DNA of 64,000 nucleotides. Source: Amoebophrya sp. A120 (Eukaryota > Protista > Dinoflagellata). Shown here in pieces: positions 25,091-40,000 of this stretch. The stretch spans positions 462,312 through 526,311 of the forward strand of contig CAJINV010000022.1 in assembly GCA_905178155.1 (NCBI GenBank). Reading direction: 5' to 3'. The first letter of the stretch is position 1; every line of letters starts with the position of its first letter. The notes below the pieces were generated by a model. It did not search any database. It was not told the origin of the DNA and saw only the letters and a program-made list of their open reading frames with translations. The translations under genes were made by a program, and so were the position numbers.

Positions 25091-28000
25091 ATGTCCACAA
25101 ATATTCAAGCCGCGACCTGCGAAACGGGAACAACGGCCGAGCGCAAGGCGCGCCGTGAGAAGATGATGAACACGACCGGGTGGTCGTTGCCAGCAGATCG
25201 AGGAAGCCGGAATTATCATGATGATTTTGTCCCCTACAACAAAGACCACCGCCTTCATCATCTCAAGGGACAAGCAACAGATCGCAAGCTTTTGAAACGA
25301 CCTGCCGGGGCGGTTCTTGCACTTTATGGGCTAGTACTTGCGGCAACGGATGGGCTGATTTTCGACCAAGTAGGTGGGTTGTTCGCTGCTCGTCCTGGTC
25401 ATAATTTTTCACTATTGCGAGGCGTTGACGCAGCGGCCGGAGGTCGTGTAGCAATGCAAGCATCTTCCCTACAGGACCAGACACGGCGGGAAGCAACTGC
25501 AGCTTTCAACTTGCTCGATACCCGCCTCCGGGCACATGGATACCGGCGAGTGCCTGTCATTGGAGACGGAAATTGTTGCTTCCGAGCAATTATCAACTGT
25601 AAAAATGTCTGGGTCTGGAAGAATGCATGTTTGTCATGCACATTTTGCATGACTCCTGATACCTGTGACGCATGCCCTAGCATCACAGATTTTGTGAGGG
25701 CTTCCTGATGCCTATACCGCATGACAAGGCCTCTTTCCGTGTAGAAACTTGGACTCTCTTTGCTGCTCATGCAATACAGATTTTTTTAGAATCCAAAACC
25801 AGCATGACAAGTTGGATTCTTCCAGAACCAGACATTTTTACAGTTGATAGCAATTTCATTTTCGCTACACGGCCACCAAAACCACCACCAGTTTTACTAT
25901 GGAACTGTCAGGATTGAAATTAACAAAGTTGAAATAATTTGTGATGCATAAAATCTATACCAGTTGGACCCACAGTTTCCAATGGGCGCATAACAAATTT
26001 TCCTGGCCTCTGAAGCAAGTTTGTCATGCTGTTTAGGGCAAGATGGCTGCTCCCTGTCATGCTAGTCAGCAGCCCAATTCCTGACCCTTACCAGCACTAG
26101 AATCTGCCTCCCTTGCGCCTTCAGCAATAGAGTCAGTCTTTGTGTCGCATTTTATGCATGACAAATCATTTCAACTTTGTCGATTTCAACTCTGACACAT
26201 CCATATTTACAGGCGCAAGGGTATTGAGAACATGAAGAAGCATCGCAACATCTACGAGGACTTTCTCTGGGGCTCATCCGATGACGCCCTCTCACCCGGC
26301 GACAGATGGAACGACTACATTCAACGGATGGAAACAGACGGAGCCTGGGCAGATCACGAGATATTAGCGGCAGTTGCAGCTGAGTTCAACTTTGAATTCA
26401 AGCTGATCACAACACACCCTTCCGACGAAATTCGGATGGTGTCCGGACCCCCAGCTGCAACCAAAACCACAACTCCACCGCGACAAATAGTCCTAGCTTT
26501 CAAAGCTGAAGTCCATTACGACGCCGTCTCGCCTCTCACGAGCTTCAGTTCCTCGACCGCCAGCCACACGATAGATATGCATTGCAAATATGTCTGGGTC
26601 TGGAAGGTGGTAACTTGTCACGGTAAATCTGAAGCATACAATAATCTGTGTTGCATGAGTGCCAAACGCTGTCCACTTTCGACCAAGTTGGGAGGGAGTT
26701 TCTCATGCCGGATAGGCATGGTGGAGACCCCGCAGAGTCTGTCATGCCAAGTGCCGCATTCCAGAGCTCATGGGTCATGGAAAATGTGCATGACAAGTTT
26801 ACACTCTTCCAGACCCAGACACTTTTGCACTTGATAGTGGAATCCACTTCGCAACTTCCAGCTCCTACACACGTCATTTCTGCTAAAGCTGGTGCTCAAA
26901 ACCCCATGATCTCCAGCTCGCAACTTCCAGTTTCTGCACATGCTTTTTCTGTTGCAGGCCCGGCAGTTGTGACAAACGCTCCAAGCACAAACAGGGCGGC
27001 GACGGTTCGTCGTGCTAGTAGTGCAACGAGCTGGGTGGCGCCGGCTCGTGCTAGCACAAGAACTTGCAGTAGTTCAGCCAGTATCAAATGCAAATATGTC
27101 TGGGTCTGGAAGATTGCCAGGTTTATCATGCATATTCTGCATGACCCATGATGCTTGTAGTGCATGACTTAGCATCACACATTTTTGGAAGGCTTCCTGA
27201 TGCCTCTTCCGCATGACGAATGCCCTCTCCGCGTCGCACAATCTGGGCTCCTCCTCTCCTCTTGCATGACTCATGCAATACGGATTCTTTTAGAATCCAA
27301 AGACAGCATGACAAGTTCGGATCTTCCCGACCCAGACACTTTTACATTTGATAGTCAGCAAACACTGGCGCAGCAGTGGTTCTACTATCGTAAGGGAAAA
27401 TCGAAAAGCGCTCCCATATCGAAAAGAAGCGCCTCAAAAAAATTGTGATGCTGATTTGTGAGCACCAATCGTGTCTGTCTTGCAAGAAAGCAACGGCATC
27501 CGCTCCGCCCCATTATGCACGCGGTTTGTCATGCTGTTGGTCCTACAGCGTAGGCGTTCCCTATGCTACGTGCCTAGGCCAAAACCTCTGGACACTGGCA
27601 TGATTTGGGCCTGCAGTCCCCTACTGCAAGACAAATCTGATTTGTGTACGCAAATCCAGCATCAGAAATTTCGTTGTGATATGGGATGGGGGCTTTTTTC
27701 ACTTTGATATCTACTTCATCATCGTCTACTTCCGAGCTGTATCCTGTGCAAAAGCATCGTACTCGTATAAATGGAGGTCTTGCATTACAAATCTCGTTCC
27801 CAAGGCAAATCTGCATTACAAATTTTCTTTCTCATGCTGAGGAAATTTGTAATGCATTTCTACGAGTACGATACTTTTGCAGATCATAAGCTGGACACGA
27901 CGCAGAGGTATGGGGTTCTCAACTGTTACATGCTCAAGTGTTACTTGAATCTGCGATGCTAGAATGGAAAAAGTGAAACAAGGAAGATTGCGCCTTTTGC

Positions 28001-31000
28001 ATTACAGATTTCGGACGGATTCTAGTGCTATTTAGCGCGTCGGACGAAAGTTGTCATGCGTAGAAGGCTTGATCGTGTTCGTCTGAAGAGTGAGAATCTC
28101 TATGCATGACAAATAACCATGAGTGGATAATGTAACATGATTTGAAAACGCCATAAGAAAGAAGAGAATTTTTGGAAAGCGCTGCTCCAGGATGGAGAAG
28201 AAAATTTGGCCGAAGTGATCTTGCAGGAGCCCAATAGAAGGAACGAACGGGCGACGGTGCAGACCTACTGGGCGCAGTTTGTCAACCGCGTTAAGCGGTT
28301 TTCGAGTGAGGTAAAGGTGGAGTTTGAGCGGGTTTGTGTCGGTGCAACTTCAGATGCTGTCGAAACCTCGGTGCGAGACAAGCTCTCCCAACGAGTCCGC
28401 GAACTTCTCATCGAGCCGCCCGCGGGTCAAGAAGTGGATCACGCTCTGACCGCAGACGGCTGGCCTCTACCCAGCCGTCTGCGCGACTGGTATGAGCCTC
28501 GAGGAGGAGAGAGCGACCCGGTCTTGCGGGTAGTTCGAGGAGGTCCACAAACAGGTGAACAAACTACTGCCCACGCATCATTTTGGGGCCCACACCGCGT
28601 GCCGAGAATCGACCCCACGGACGTTGCGCTCATTGCCTGCGCCGTTGAGCGGGAGGAGTTCGCTGCTACTTCGAGTTTGGTAAACAACACGAGCGCATCA
28701 ACTAGTACATCTGTGAAGACCACTGTGCCAACCCTTGCGGTTTCGTACCTGCTCCTGCAACAGCACTTTTTGGACTATGTGGACCAGGAGCAGCACGGTG
28801 CTGCGCCTTCTGCCGCCATTAAAGCACGGGCGCAGACGCTTGGAAATTTCCTGAACATGGTGGGTGATGATGGTTCTTCGGGTCATGATTTTTTTGGTGT
28901 GACCAGCAAATTTGCGATCCGTATTGCGGTGTCGCTCCAGCTACTGTATGCAAAACGGTTCCAGTTTCTGCACAAGATGGAAGGGGAGTTGTCAAAGATT
29001 TCCAGCGACAATCTGGCCGAGTTTGTCCGAGACGTCCGCCTCAATATTGACTTCGCCATTGTCTCCACGACCAAGGCAAACAGCAGCCTTAGCTTGCTAG
29101 GTCTAAACGAACTTGTGGAGAAGGAAGCGGAGCGGCTGCAGAATTTTTTTGACAAGTGGTTTCATAATCCTAGCAGCAGCACCAGTAGCAGTAGCAGCGG
29201 CGCGGGTCGTTCAAACAGCGGCTTGCCCTCAGGAACAACAAGTCCAACAAGAACACCTTTCGTGAAAGTCGAGTTCCTCGACGCCAGAAAAACCACCGGT
29301 ACCACGGGGGAAGAGATCATGTTGGCGCACGACACAACTTCGGCGTCTGTGTGCTCCAAATTTGTCGAGCAGCCCGCGTCTACGTCTAGGGGGGTCGAAG
29401 TAGCAAGAACAACATCTTCTTTTGCACAGAGCGATCCGCTCGCCGGTACCATCCGGATTGGAACATTCGATACACTAAAGCAGTGCGCGCTATTGGATAA
29501 GAAAAAGAAAGCGCAGCAACTGTTGCAAGGTCCGCAAGCTCGAAGAAGTGCAACTAGTACTAACTCATTTAGCGTGCCGGGGGCCCACTATCTCTACCTA
29601 GCAACTCTCGACGGAGGAACGAGCGCAAATCTTCCGCCGAGGTTCATCTTGGGGCAGTCGACGACTGTAGTCTCTGGCGCAGCCGAGCAAGACTTCTCCA
29701 CACAAGGCACACAAACTTCGAATCCTGTCATCCAAGATGCCCTCGTGGCAAAGGCGACCGACACTAGCCAAATTGTCGAGATTTCCCTGCCCGGAGCGGA
29801 TACTCTACAGCCAATTTTCGGGTTTTTGGTAGCGGAAATGGAAAAGGTCGCCCAGGCGTTTTCGGTGATCAAAGACTATTTAGTTTCGGACAACAGTGGT
29901 GGGAATGTTTCGATACTAGGGAGAAAGCGAAAATTCCAGCAGCTTGCGGTCCCTGCGCTCGAGCGGAGACTGCGTTTGGAGTTGCGGGACTTCTCAAATA
30001 TGGGAGTGTCAGGATTGAAATCGTCAAAGTTGAAATTATTTGTAATGCATAAAATCGATACCAGCTGGAAGCCCAATTTCCCAGCGGCGCATGACAAATG
30101 TCGGCACCCTCTAAAGCCAGTTTGTCATGCTGTTTAGGGACAGAAGGCGCCTTTTGTCCTGCTACTTTAGCAGCTCTATTCCAAACCCGAAACAGGCTTA
30201 CAATCGGCCTCGTTTGCAATCCCTGCAAGAGAGGCACTTCATGCCTTGCAATTTCTGCATGAAAAATTATTTCAACTTTGAGGATTTCAATCCTGACGCT
30301 TCCATATCAAAGAAAGAAAACGGATTAGCTGTGCCGGAAGAATGGGCATACACGCTCAGGGACGTCACGCAGCAGCAAACGTTTTTACGGGGCGCAGAGA
30401 TGGGCGGCGGTGTGGTTCGAGCCGTTGGAACAAGGGATAAGGATGTTATCTTTCGCTATGGTGGGTTCACGGCAGATATCAAATGCAAAAATGTCTGGGT
30501 CTGGAAACTTGTGATGCTGGGTGGCGTATCAACATGATGAGGCCACAAGTGCTGGCCCAGCATGACAAGTTTCTGAGCTTCATCTAGGTGTTGCCTATTC
30601 TGCATGACAAACTGCGTTCCTGCATGACAGAAAAATGGAGCGCTTGGGTAACGTGCATGACAGATTCAAGAGTCAACATGCCAGACAAGCATGACAAACA
30701 TGCATTCTTCCAGACCCAGACAGTTTTGCATTTGATAGCAGAAGAGGTGGCCACGGTGCTGGTCTACGATTTCGTGGCGGTCTTCTTGGAAAAGCCTATC
30801 GAAAGCAAAAATTTCCCCTCCCCATATCAAAACGGAATTTCTAATGCTGGATTTGTGTACACAAATCAGCTTTGTATTGCAGAGAGGCATTGCGGCCAGA
30901 TCTGCAGGCTATGGAGGGGCGTATGGGTCTAGTTGTTCAGCATGGCAAACGGCTCCCCTTTAGGCCCAACAGCATGGCAAATCGCTTCCATAATAGGGCG

Positions 31001-34000
31001 AAAGCTTCTGCCTTTGTCTTCTTGCAAGACAAATGTGATTTGTGGCCTCAAATCAGCAACGCAAATTTTAGAGCCATGCCATTTCAATATGGGAAGGGGG
31101 GACTTTTCCTTACGATAAAGCCGTTCCGTGCTTTCCAGGCCACGCTGCTGGCCCGGAAAACGAGCTACGACTACGATATTCTCATGCAGTACCCCAAACT
31201 GAAAAAGCACATTCACGGACTACTCGGCAAGAATGGCACGACCCCGCAGACAGGTGGGACGAACGCCCTCTCTGCCTTTCTTCAGTCGCCGTTGCCCGAC
31301 CTCAACCCCTTCTCGGGTGACACGGGGGATGCCTTCGAGCCTATGTTTGAAAGGCACGAGGAGGAGCCGATGGACGCCGAAAGCGACGACGAGGCTACTG
31401 GAACTACTACGTCCGTCCGCCCGATTTACCGACCGAAGTACCTTGAAGCCATCGATGACGAGTCTGGCCTGCACGAGCTCACGAATTGGAACGCTGCTCT
31501 GACAGCCCTGAAGGCGTTATACATTCAGGCCAAGCGCGCAAACGAAGAGATCGAAAAAAGCTTCCCCCTCAAGCTGACCAATTTCGTCCACAACAGGCTT
31601 TTGCACGGGTTTCGCAATGGAAAGGAGCATTTCCAAAAGGCGCTTTTGTGTCGATACTTTGACGTGGAATCGCGAGCGGATCCGGCATTCTCGAGTCTGC
31701 TGGCGGGCAAAACGGAGTACGAAGACCACCTATACACAGATTTTGGCCAAAGCGATGAATTTTGCGCCACCAGCTCGACAACGGCACTGGGTCTGGTAGA
31801 AAACTTTGTCAGCAACCCGGAACTCCGCGGCTTCGTGAATGAGAAGCTCACAATCGCCGTCGGGGAATGGGTCAGGCACTTGGAAGACAATGGGGAGTTA
31901 CTGCGCCAGGAGGGTCAAGTGGGGCTGGCTCGCGGGCAACAAAAAGAGGCGGCCATTTTTCTCGAGCAGCACTTACCTGAAGACGAGAAAATAGAGTTAA
32001 AACACCGGATGAGGGAGAGGCAGCTGGGATGGCGTAAAATCAGAAGAGGCCGGGAGTCGACCAAAGGCGCACGACAGAAAACCTTGTCGCAGCAAGTGCG
32101 GGACACAGCACTTTCCAACGTGCGCATGGGAACACAAACCGAAGGGCAGCGTGCGTTGTTCAGCGAAAGCTACAAAAGCATGATTCAGTCGAAATTGATT
32201 TCCTCCGGCGCGCCGCGGGGACACGCCGAAATCGTGGTCATCTACCTGCACGGTTTGGGCGGTGAGGTTTCGCAGGACAGCTGCGACGCGATGCTGTGGC
32301 ATTTGCTGCACGAAAAGCACAATGCGGGAGTGCTCGCAAATCAGGCAACGCGAGTGGTATGTCCGCAGGCCACATTGAAGACAGATGAAATCTACCCCGA
32401 ACCCCGTCCGTCCTGGTACCGGTATAATGATAAACCGAATCCGGGAACGAAGAATGCAGACAATCGCGGCATCTTTTATGACGATCTCGTGAAGTCTCGA
32501 GTCGCCATCGCAGAGCTGATGCTACTTGAGGCCGAGAGCGATTTGGTGCGTAGTGTGTTTCTGACGGGCTGTTCCCAGGGCAGCGTGCTGGCTATGGAAA
32601 CCGTGTTCAACGGCATTGCTGCGCTGCCAGAGCCACGGTCTCACACCAGTGCCGCGTACAAGCTGAAAGGGTTGGTGGCCTACCATGGCATTATGCACCG
32701 GGAGACCTGGAACGCGGTGAGACGCAACAACGAGGAACAGTTAGTTCGCGAGTACTTCACTTCGCCGCAAGGAAGCAATGTGCATGTGCATGTTTGGGCG
32801 AGTCCGAAGGATGATCTTTTTCCGTCCGACCAGGTTCAGCGCACTAGCAACGAGCGGTTCGGGAACGCGCCGCACGGCCTCCGTTTGCAGCACTACAAAA
32901 GCTTTGAAAATTCCGAAACGCACGGCCGGCAGTCCGAAAACTTCATAGCAAAGTCCCTCGCCTACATTTTTGCGGCCGACGAAAATTTACGGAAAATCGA
33001 CGTTGCCCACCCGTACCCAGTCGCGACGAGTGACCGCTCTTCATCCCTGCACCTGCCGGAGCTGCAGCAGAAACTTGCCAGGACGACCGTGATTTTTAAT
33101 CGGGCCTTTGTGTTGAAAAAATACCTGGTTCGGGTTGTGCATTCCGCTTTCAAAGTGTTTGGTCCAGCGGGAACCACTATATCGGATGCAGTTGGTGTTG
33201 GGCCAGGAAACGCGAACGCAGGATCCACGTTGAATGACGGGGATGAGAAAGCGCATGTTGATGATCAAGAAGCATTTTTAAACCGCCTCTACAAGGACCG
33301 CGACCAGTTTCTGATCCACGGGCGAGACTACAGCTTTATCCGAGATAAGAGCAACCCCGCAAAGTGCCGCTTCTTCGACCACCGTGCCTCGCTACACAGA
33401 GCTCCTGCAGTACCGGCCGAGGAGGGGGTGTTACAGAATGGTGGTTCTTCGGTCACGACCGGGAGAAGTGGCTCGTTGAATCTTGACGAAGACGGGTTAA
33501 TCCAATTTCTGCAGATTCGGCACGACTGCTACCTGACGCCGCCGGTGTTTGTCACGAGGAAGATGTCGAATGCAGAGTTTTTCTTGCAATACCGCAGAGT
33601 TTTTGCGCTTCAGACGGAATTATCGCCAGTTACAGCTAGCACGCAACTAACGCTGAACGACCGCGCTTTTCTACTGAATCAGTTCGGCATCAGGAGCATC
33701 GCCCTAGGTAGTAGACGACGACGAACAACAAGAAGTGACTTCCTTCCGAGCGTTGCAGAAAACAGGAACAAGGCGGTCGCAGAAATGCGGTTCAGAGCGC
33801 TCGCGCAGGAAGAATTTTTTAAGCGGGTGCACACATGGATGCACAGTGCCGTACACAAAGTCGCGGAATCGGCTGCAAAGGACGTGCTGCTTGGAATCAG
33901 CGATTGCCGAGATGATGATGCCCAAAATCTTTCCCCGGATAGTATTTATGCAATGCAAAAGTATCGTACTAGTATGGATTGCATGACAATTTTTTCCTAG

Positions 34001-37000
34001 AAGAATAATGAAATTTGTCATGCAGTTTCAGGTAAGAAAGCAGATCTGTAATGCTAGACTCGCATCAATACGAGTACGATACTTTTGCAATGCATAGTAT
34101 TATCAACACTGCAATGTTATCCGAGACCGAATATGCTGAGTAAAAACATCCCCACTCCAGAGTTGTGATGCAAATCAGCATGCCAAAAAAGTTTCTCATG
34201 CGAAGCCCCATGAGAAGCATATTATAGTCGTGTTTTGGAGTTTGTAATGCTAGAATCAGCATGATATGCTAGATCTGTGATGCTGCTGAACTAGCGAAAC
34301 AGGATCACACTATGAGGGCAAACTTGTCATGCGAAACAGCGAAAGCTAGTCGATTTGTCTAGCAGATTTCCCATCTTGACTCTGGTGTGGGGACATTTTT
34401 AATCAGGATACCGAAGGCTTTCTTCTGAAAGTCGCACTGTATGAGCGTTTGTTTGCTTCGACTTCAGTTGAACCTGCATCCGACTCGTCGTTCAACGGAG
34501 GCGTGCGGGTGTTGCAAGACTGGCGCAGCAGCAACGGCGCCGAAGATTTGGCAATTAGCTGGGAACGCCGGTATCAGTATCGAGATTTTCTTCGCGACAA
34601 TGGATACTACAGTGCTGAAGGTGACGATGACGGTGACCGCACGGTCCCCGCCCCCGCTTTCGCCGACGTGGCAGCGATTCATGCGAAAAGGCTTCTGAAA
34701 ATTTATGAATGGCAGGAGAGACAGCTGATGAAAGACCGCTCTCCGCTCCTGCATCCTCACTTGGACGTCCGCCGTGACAAGATATTCTTTTCATCACAGC
34801 CGAGGGATATAATTTCGGCGCCAGAAGAACTACCACAACTGCCGTATGGCATTAATCTCTTTAAACGTTACATGGTCAACCGTTACATGATTCCAGATGC
34901 AAAATGTGCATGAGGATCTACACGATCGAGCAAGTTCTCGGCGCGACGAATAGCATTAGAATCCGTGCCAAATCTGTAATGCAAGACGCGCACTGGTTCC
35001 CTTCCCCTTTCACTACTTTTGCTATATATGGTTGCATGTTGACAAAAACAAATTCATGTATACAGTTGAGAATGGAAGGAACGTTTGAGAACCTGATACG
35101 CCGCCATTGCTAAGTCACAACCCTTGGGCGGTTGCACGGCGCGTCAGCAAATGCTTGACGTCTTTAGCCTCCGCCGAGACGCGGGGGGCAAAAAATAACG
35201 GACTACCGCTCACGAAGTCTGAACTCCTGGCTATGGCGTTCTCAAATGTTACATTCTCAACTGTTACATGAATTTGTCATGCAAAACTACCTTAAGCCGC
35301 AACCGCAACGTGATCAAGCTGCTTCGCATGACAAATCTCCGAGAGGCTAAGCAGCATCTAAATCTGTGCCAAATTTGTGATGCGAAAGCAGCAAGCTTGC
35401 TCCTTTGACTGTTGCCATTTTTGGATCACAAATCCGTGTAACAGTTGAGAGTGTAACACTTGAGAACGCCATACTAGACCGTCTCATCGTGTTCGCCCGC
35501 CAGACGGTCGATGGCCGTGGAGAAGACGTATGAATTGCAAATATATCTTGGTCTAAAAGATTCTGAGACTTGTCATGCACGTTTCGCATGAGCCATGAGG
35601 TCTGGAATGCGAGACGTAGCATGACAGATTCTTTGAGGTCTATATCATGCGTTTCCTGAGTGAGGAATTCCCTCGCAATTTGGTCAAAAGCGGACAGCTT
35701 TTGGTACTCACGCAACACAGATTTTTGCATCATTCAGCTTTAAAAATAGCATGACAAGTTTTAATCTTCCAGACCCAGACATACTTGCTTTTGATAAGAC
35801 GGCGCCGGCCACGATGTTGACCACGTCGAAGAAGACCGAAACAAGCGCAGCCCTGCGAATGCGGCCCTGGTTGCCGAGGTTCACAGCACCTTCGGGTATT
35901 TGTCTTTTTTCAAGGCAAACATCGACCAGAGCATGTTAGCGACACTAATTAACTGGGCACCGAGTGACGAGCAACAAGCGCTGCGCTCCGAAAGGCGCAA
36001 GACGGGGCGAACGCACCACGCGGTGGCGCAGAGGCTGTTTCTGGACAAAGAGCACAACACAGCGTTCTTGCGGTTCACCATGGCATCCTTGGAGGAAAAC
36101 TACTCCGCGCGCCAGCACCAAGTTCCTGCTTTCCTCCAAGAACTACAGAACGAGTCCGAGTGGAAAAGAGTTTTACAAGACCAGTTTTCCCTCCAGCGCC
36201 AGTTCTTCTTCGCCGCACGGTCTTACGTGGAGAACGTCACCGGGGCGCCCGATCGGGTCGTGATCAACCGGAGACGGTTGTTGTTGAAGGAGCTAGCCCG
36301 GACGAAGACGCAAATGGAGAGCGTGTCGAAAAACATGCAAAGTCTGTTCGATTTTCTCGACCAAGGAAAAAGCTACAACAGCGGAGGAAGCCAAGATCAT
36401 CTTCCCGGGGGGAGCCGCCCCGTAGTCCCAAAAATTGTCGCAGCGAGCCACTTGCTAGGAACCAGCCAAGACGGTTCGGCGCCCGCTTCGGGGGCGCAGG
36501 AACAAGGGGGCCGCGCGATAGTACTCTGCAGGGACGTCCTGCTCTTTACAAAACTGTACCGAGGCCTGAGGAAGCTGCTTCGACGTCAAGACGGGGGGCT
36601 TCGCAGTGACAACGGCACAACGAGACAAGTGCGCACTGCTGATAGGACGACGCACTACGTTGACCGGCTGCGAGGTCTTGCGACTGAGTTATGGAGTTCT
36701 CAAATGTTACATTCTCAACTGTTACATGATTTGTATATGCAAAACCACCATTACCATCTACACGATCAAGCTGTTCAGCATGACAAATTCAGGAAGGGCC
36801 AAACAGGCTGACGATCTGTGCCAAATCTGTCACGCAAGACGCGCAATGCCCCCCCTTGAACTTTTCCCATTCTTGCATCACAAATCCATGTAACACTTGA
36901 GAATGTAACAGTTGAGAACGCCATATGAGTTGAGAAATAGTTTCGCGCAGTCCTACGTCCGACCCTTGAAGAAGATGGGGAGAACGCAGCGCGGCGACCT

Positions 37001-40000
37001 GGCGGCAAGGATGGAAAGGAAGCGGCGCCGTTTGCATGACGATACGTTCTACCAGCGTGGGAGATCGGCACGGGAGATGGGAGATACGGGAGATCATGCG
37101 CCAGAGCATGGTGTTTATTTGGACGATACGTTCTACCAGCGTGGGAGATGGGCACGGGAGATAGGTACGGGAGATGCACCAGCGCATGGTGCTGAGGTTC
37201 TTGCGACAGGAAAAAAGAGAATAAAAGCAGCACGAGTACAACAACTATACGAGCCGTTCCGTTGTATTCCGTCACAGGGCTGGCGGCAAGACCTACTGGG
37301 AAGGCCCGCCATTTCCCCGCGAACAGATCTCGTCACGCTCCTGGACGAAGATCGGGCTGGCGCAAGAACGCAACAACAAGCAGCCGGCAGCACTGAATCT
37401 TCACTCACCCTCACGACGGATAACAGGGCTGCTTACCTCCATATGAAATGCAAAAATGTCTGGCGATCTGGAAACTTGTGATGCTAAAATGTGCATGATG
37501 AAATAAACACTTCCGAATACAGTCCGGCATGACAACTTCCCAAAACGCTTTCTCATAGGCAATCCGCATATTAGAAACTGCGTTTTTGCATGACAAAAGA
37601 GGCTGCGGCTTTTGTTCGTTATGCAATACAGATTTTCTAGGTATGGAAAGCTAGCATTTTTACAAGTCCCAACCTTCCAGATCCAGACATTTTTACAATC
37701 CATACTCCAAGAAAGACAGCAAAAACTCGCAGACAACCGACGCGAAATCACTTCTCCGGGGTTTGTATCAACTGCAAAAATGTCTGGGTCTAAGTAGAAG
37801 AATGCAACTTGTGATGCTGCACTTGGATGTCTAAAAAATTTGTGTTGCATGAGCTTGAGCAGCAAAAGGAGCCTAATTTTTGCTAAGCGGAGAGGGCATT
37901 TGTCATGCGGAATAGGCATCAAGAATCATTCAAAAAACCTGTGACGCTAGGGCAGCCATCACAGGCATCATGGCTCATGCAAACCGTGCATGACAAGTCG
38001 CAGAATTATCTTCCAGACCCAGACATTTTTGCACTTGATAGTTTGTGCGTTTGGTCTTTCGCGACTTTATCGAAGGGATTTTATTGTCGACGTTGCCAAG
38101 CAAAACTACAACTACCAGCACGTCGTCGGCGAAGAAGATAAAGATGCGCCGCGAAGAACAGGCGAAGGCAATCAAGGCTGCAAGAAAAATCTTGCAAGTT
38201 CTGGAAATTGCGCTCCCGACCGTGCTTAAGAAGGACGAGAAGGATATCATGAGCAAAAATCCCCCCTCCCCATATCGAAAACGAAATTTGTGCTGCTGAT
38301 TTGTGACCACAAATCAGCTTTGTCTTGCAGTAAAGGACTGCAGGCCTATATCGTGCCGGAGTCGAGAGGTTTTGGCCTAGGCACTTAGCATGGGGAACGT
38401 CTATGCCGTAGGCCCAATAGCATTACAAACCGCCTGCATAATGGGGCGGAGCCTGTGGCGTTGCTTTCTTGCATCACAGATGCGATTTGTGGTCACAAAT
38501 CAGCATCACAAATTTTCTGAGGCGTGCCTTATCGATATGGGGAGGGGGGATTTTTCCTCGCAATAAAGGACGGGGGTGTTCAGATTGACGAGGAAACCGG
38601 AGCGGCCGTTGTTGTCCAGCTTGTTAAAAACGGTGACCCGACTACCGGGAGAGAAGAGACGATCATTGACGAGGACAAGGACTTCCGTGAGGCGGTCCTC
38701 AAGTATTACATAAGACGACAAGAAGCGGAAGAAGAAGAACTACGGAAGGAGCGTAAGAACAGCAAAACAGCAGCGATGGATTATAGTACAGCCATTTATT
38801 CGCGGGTGATAACGCCCGAGGACGACGTAGACTCCCTGCCCGTTCCTCAGCTCGTGGAAACGATGATTGAAACGGACTTGGTCCAGAACCTGCACGGCCG
38901 TCTTATCAAGCTGAAGCGCGAGGAAAGAGAGTTGGTGACGAATCTTGCTCTGCTCACATACGTATCAAATGCAAAAATGTCTCAGTCTGGAAGATGAATG
39001 CGCGATTTGTCTTCATGCAGCTTTTCCATAACCCATGAGGTGTGGAATTATGCAGGGTCTAACATGACCGATTCTGTGCGAGGATCTCTTTCATGCCTAT
39101 CCTGCATGACAAACTCCCTCCCGACCACTTGGTCAAAACTGGACCACGACTTTTGGTAATCACGCAACACAGATTTTTACACATGCTTCAGATCGAGCAT
39201 GACAAGTTGCATTCTTCCAGACGCAGACATTTTTGCATTTGATAAGACAAGGAGGAGCTCGAAGGGATGCTGGCGCTGCGGGTCGCGAGTTTTATCGAAG
39301 TCCCAGATTTAATATTGCAACGAAGTAGGGCTGCAGGAGGCCGCTCCCGGCACCACGGAGATTTTGGCAGCAGCAGCTTCGTATGCATTGCAGATATGTC
39401 TGGGTCTGGAAGAATGCAAACTTGTGATGCGCATTTCGCAACACATAAAAATCTCTCATGCGCAGGCAGCAAAAGCTGCCCCCTTTCTGTCTCCAAAGTG
39501 GGGCATTTGTCATGCGGATTCGGCATCGCGGGAGCTTGGCGAAACCTGTCATGCTAGAGCTTCCATGCCAGACCTTCTGTGTCATGCAAAAGTAGCATGA
39601 TTCTTCCAGACCCAGACATTTTTACATTTGATACTTCGACGGGCTTTTTGATAATCTACTTCCACAAGAATCGCAGGAGCATCGGCAAATCGATATCCCA
39701 CAGAAAAAAGCAGGCAGGGCAGATTTGTAAATGCAAAAATAAATACACAGAAACATCTGTCATGGGCGGCCCCATAGCATTCTGTTTAGGATATGCAGTG
39801 CAGATTTTTTTGTGTATTTATTTTTGCATTACAAATGTGACCTGCCGGCTTTTTCTGTGTGATCATCGAGGACATGCTGGCGCACCTTGTCCGGGATGCA
39901 GGAAAAGAGGAATATGAACTGCAAATATGTCTGGGTCTGGATGGATTCGAATTTGTGATGCGCATTCTACATCATGAGAAAATCTGTCATGCATGGTCAG

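Noticed and set aside
30872-34000. The 1042-aa ORF as a standalone gene
   Set aside because: It begins inside introner 30797-31117 and ends inside introner 33947-34096; it is an internal exon.
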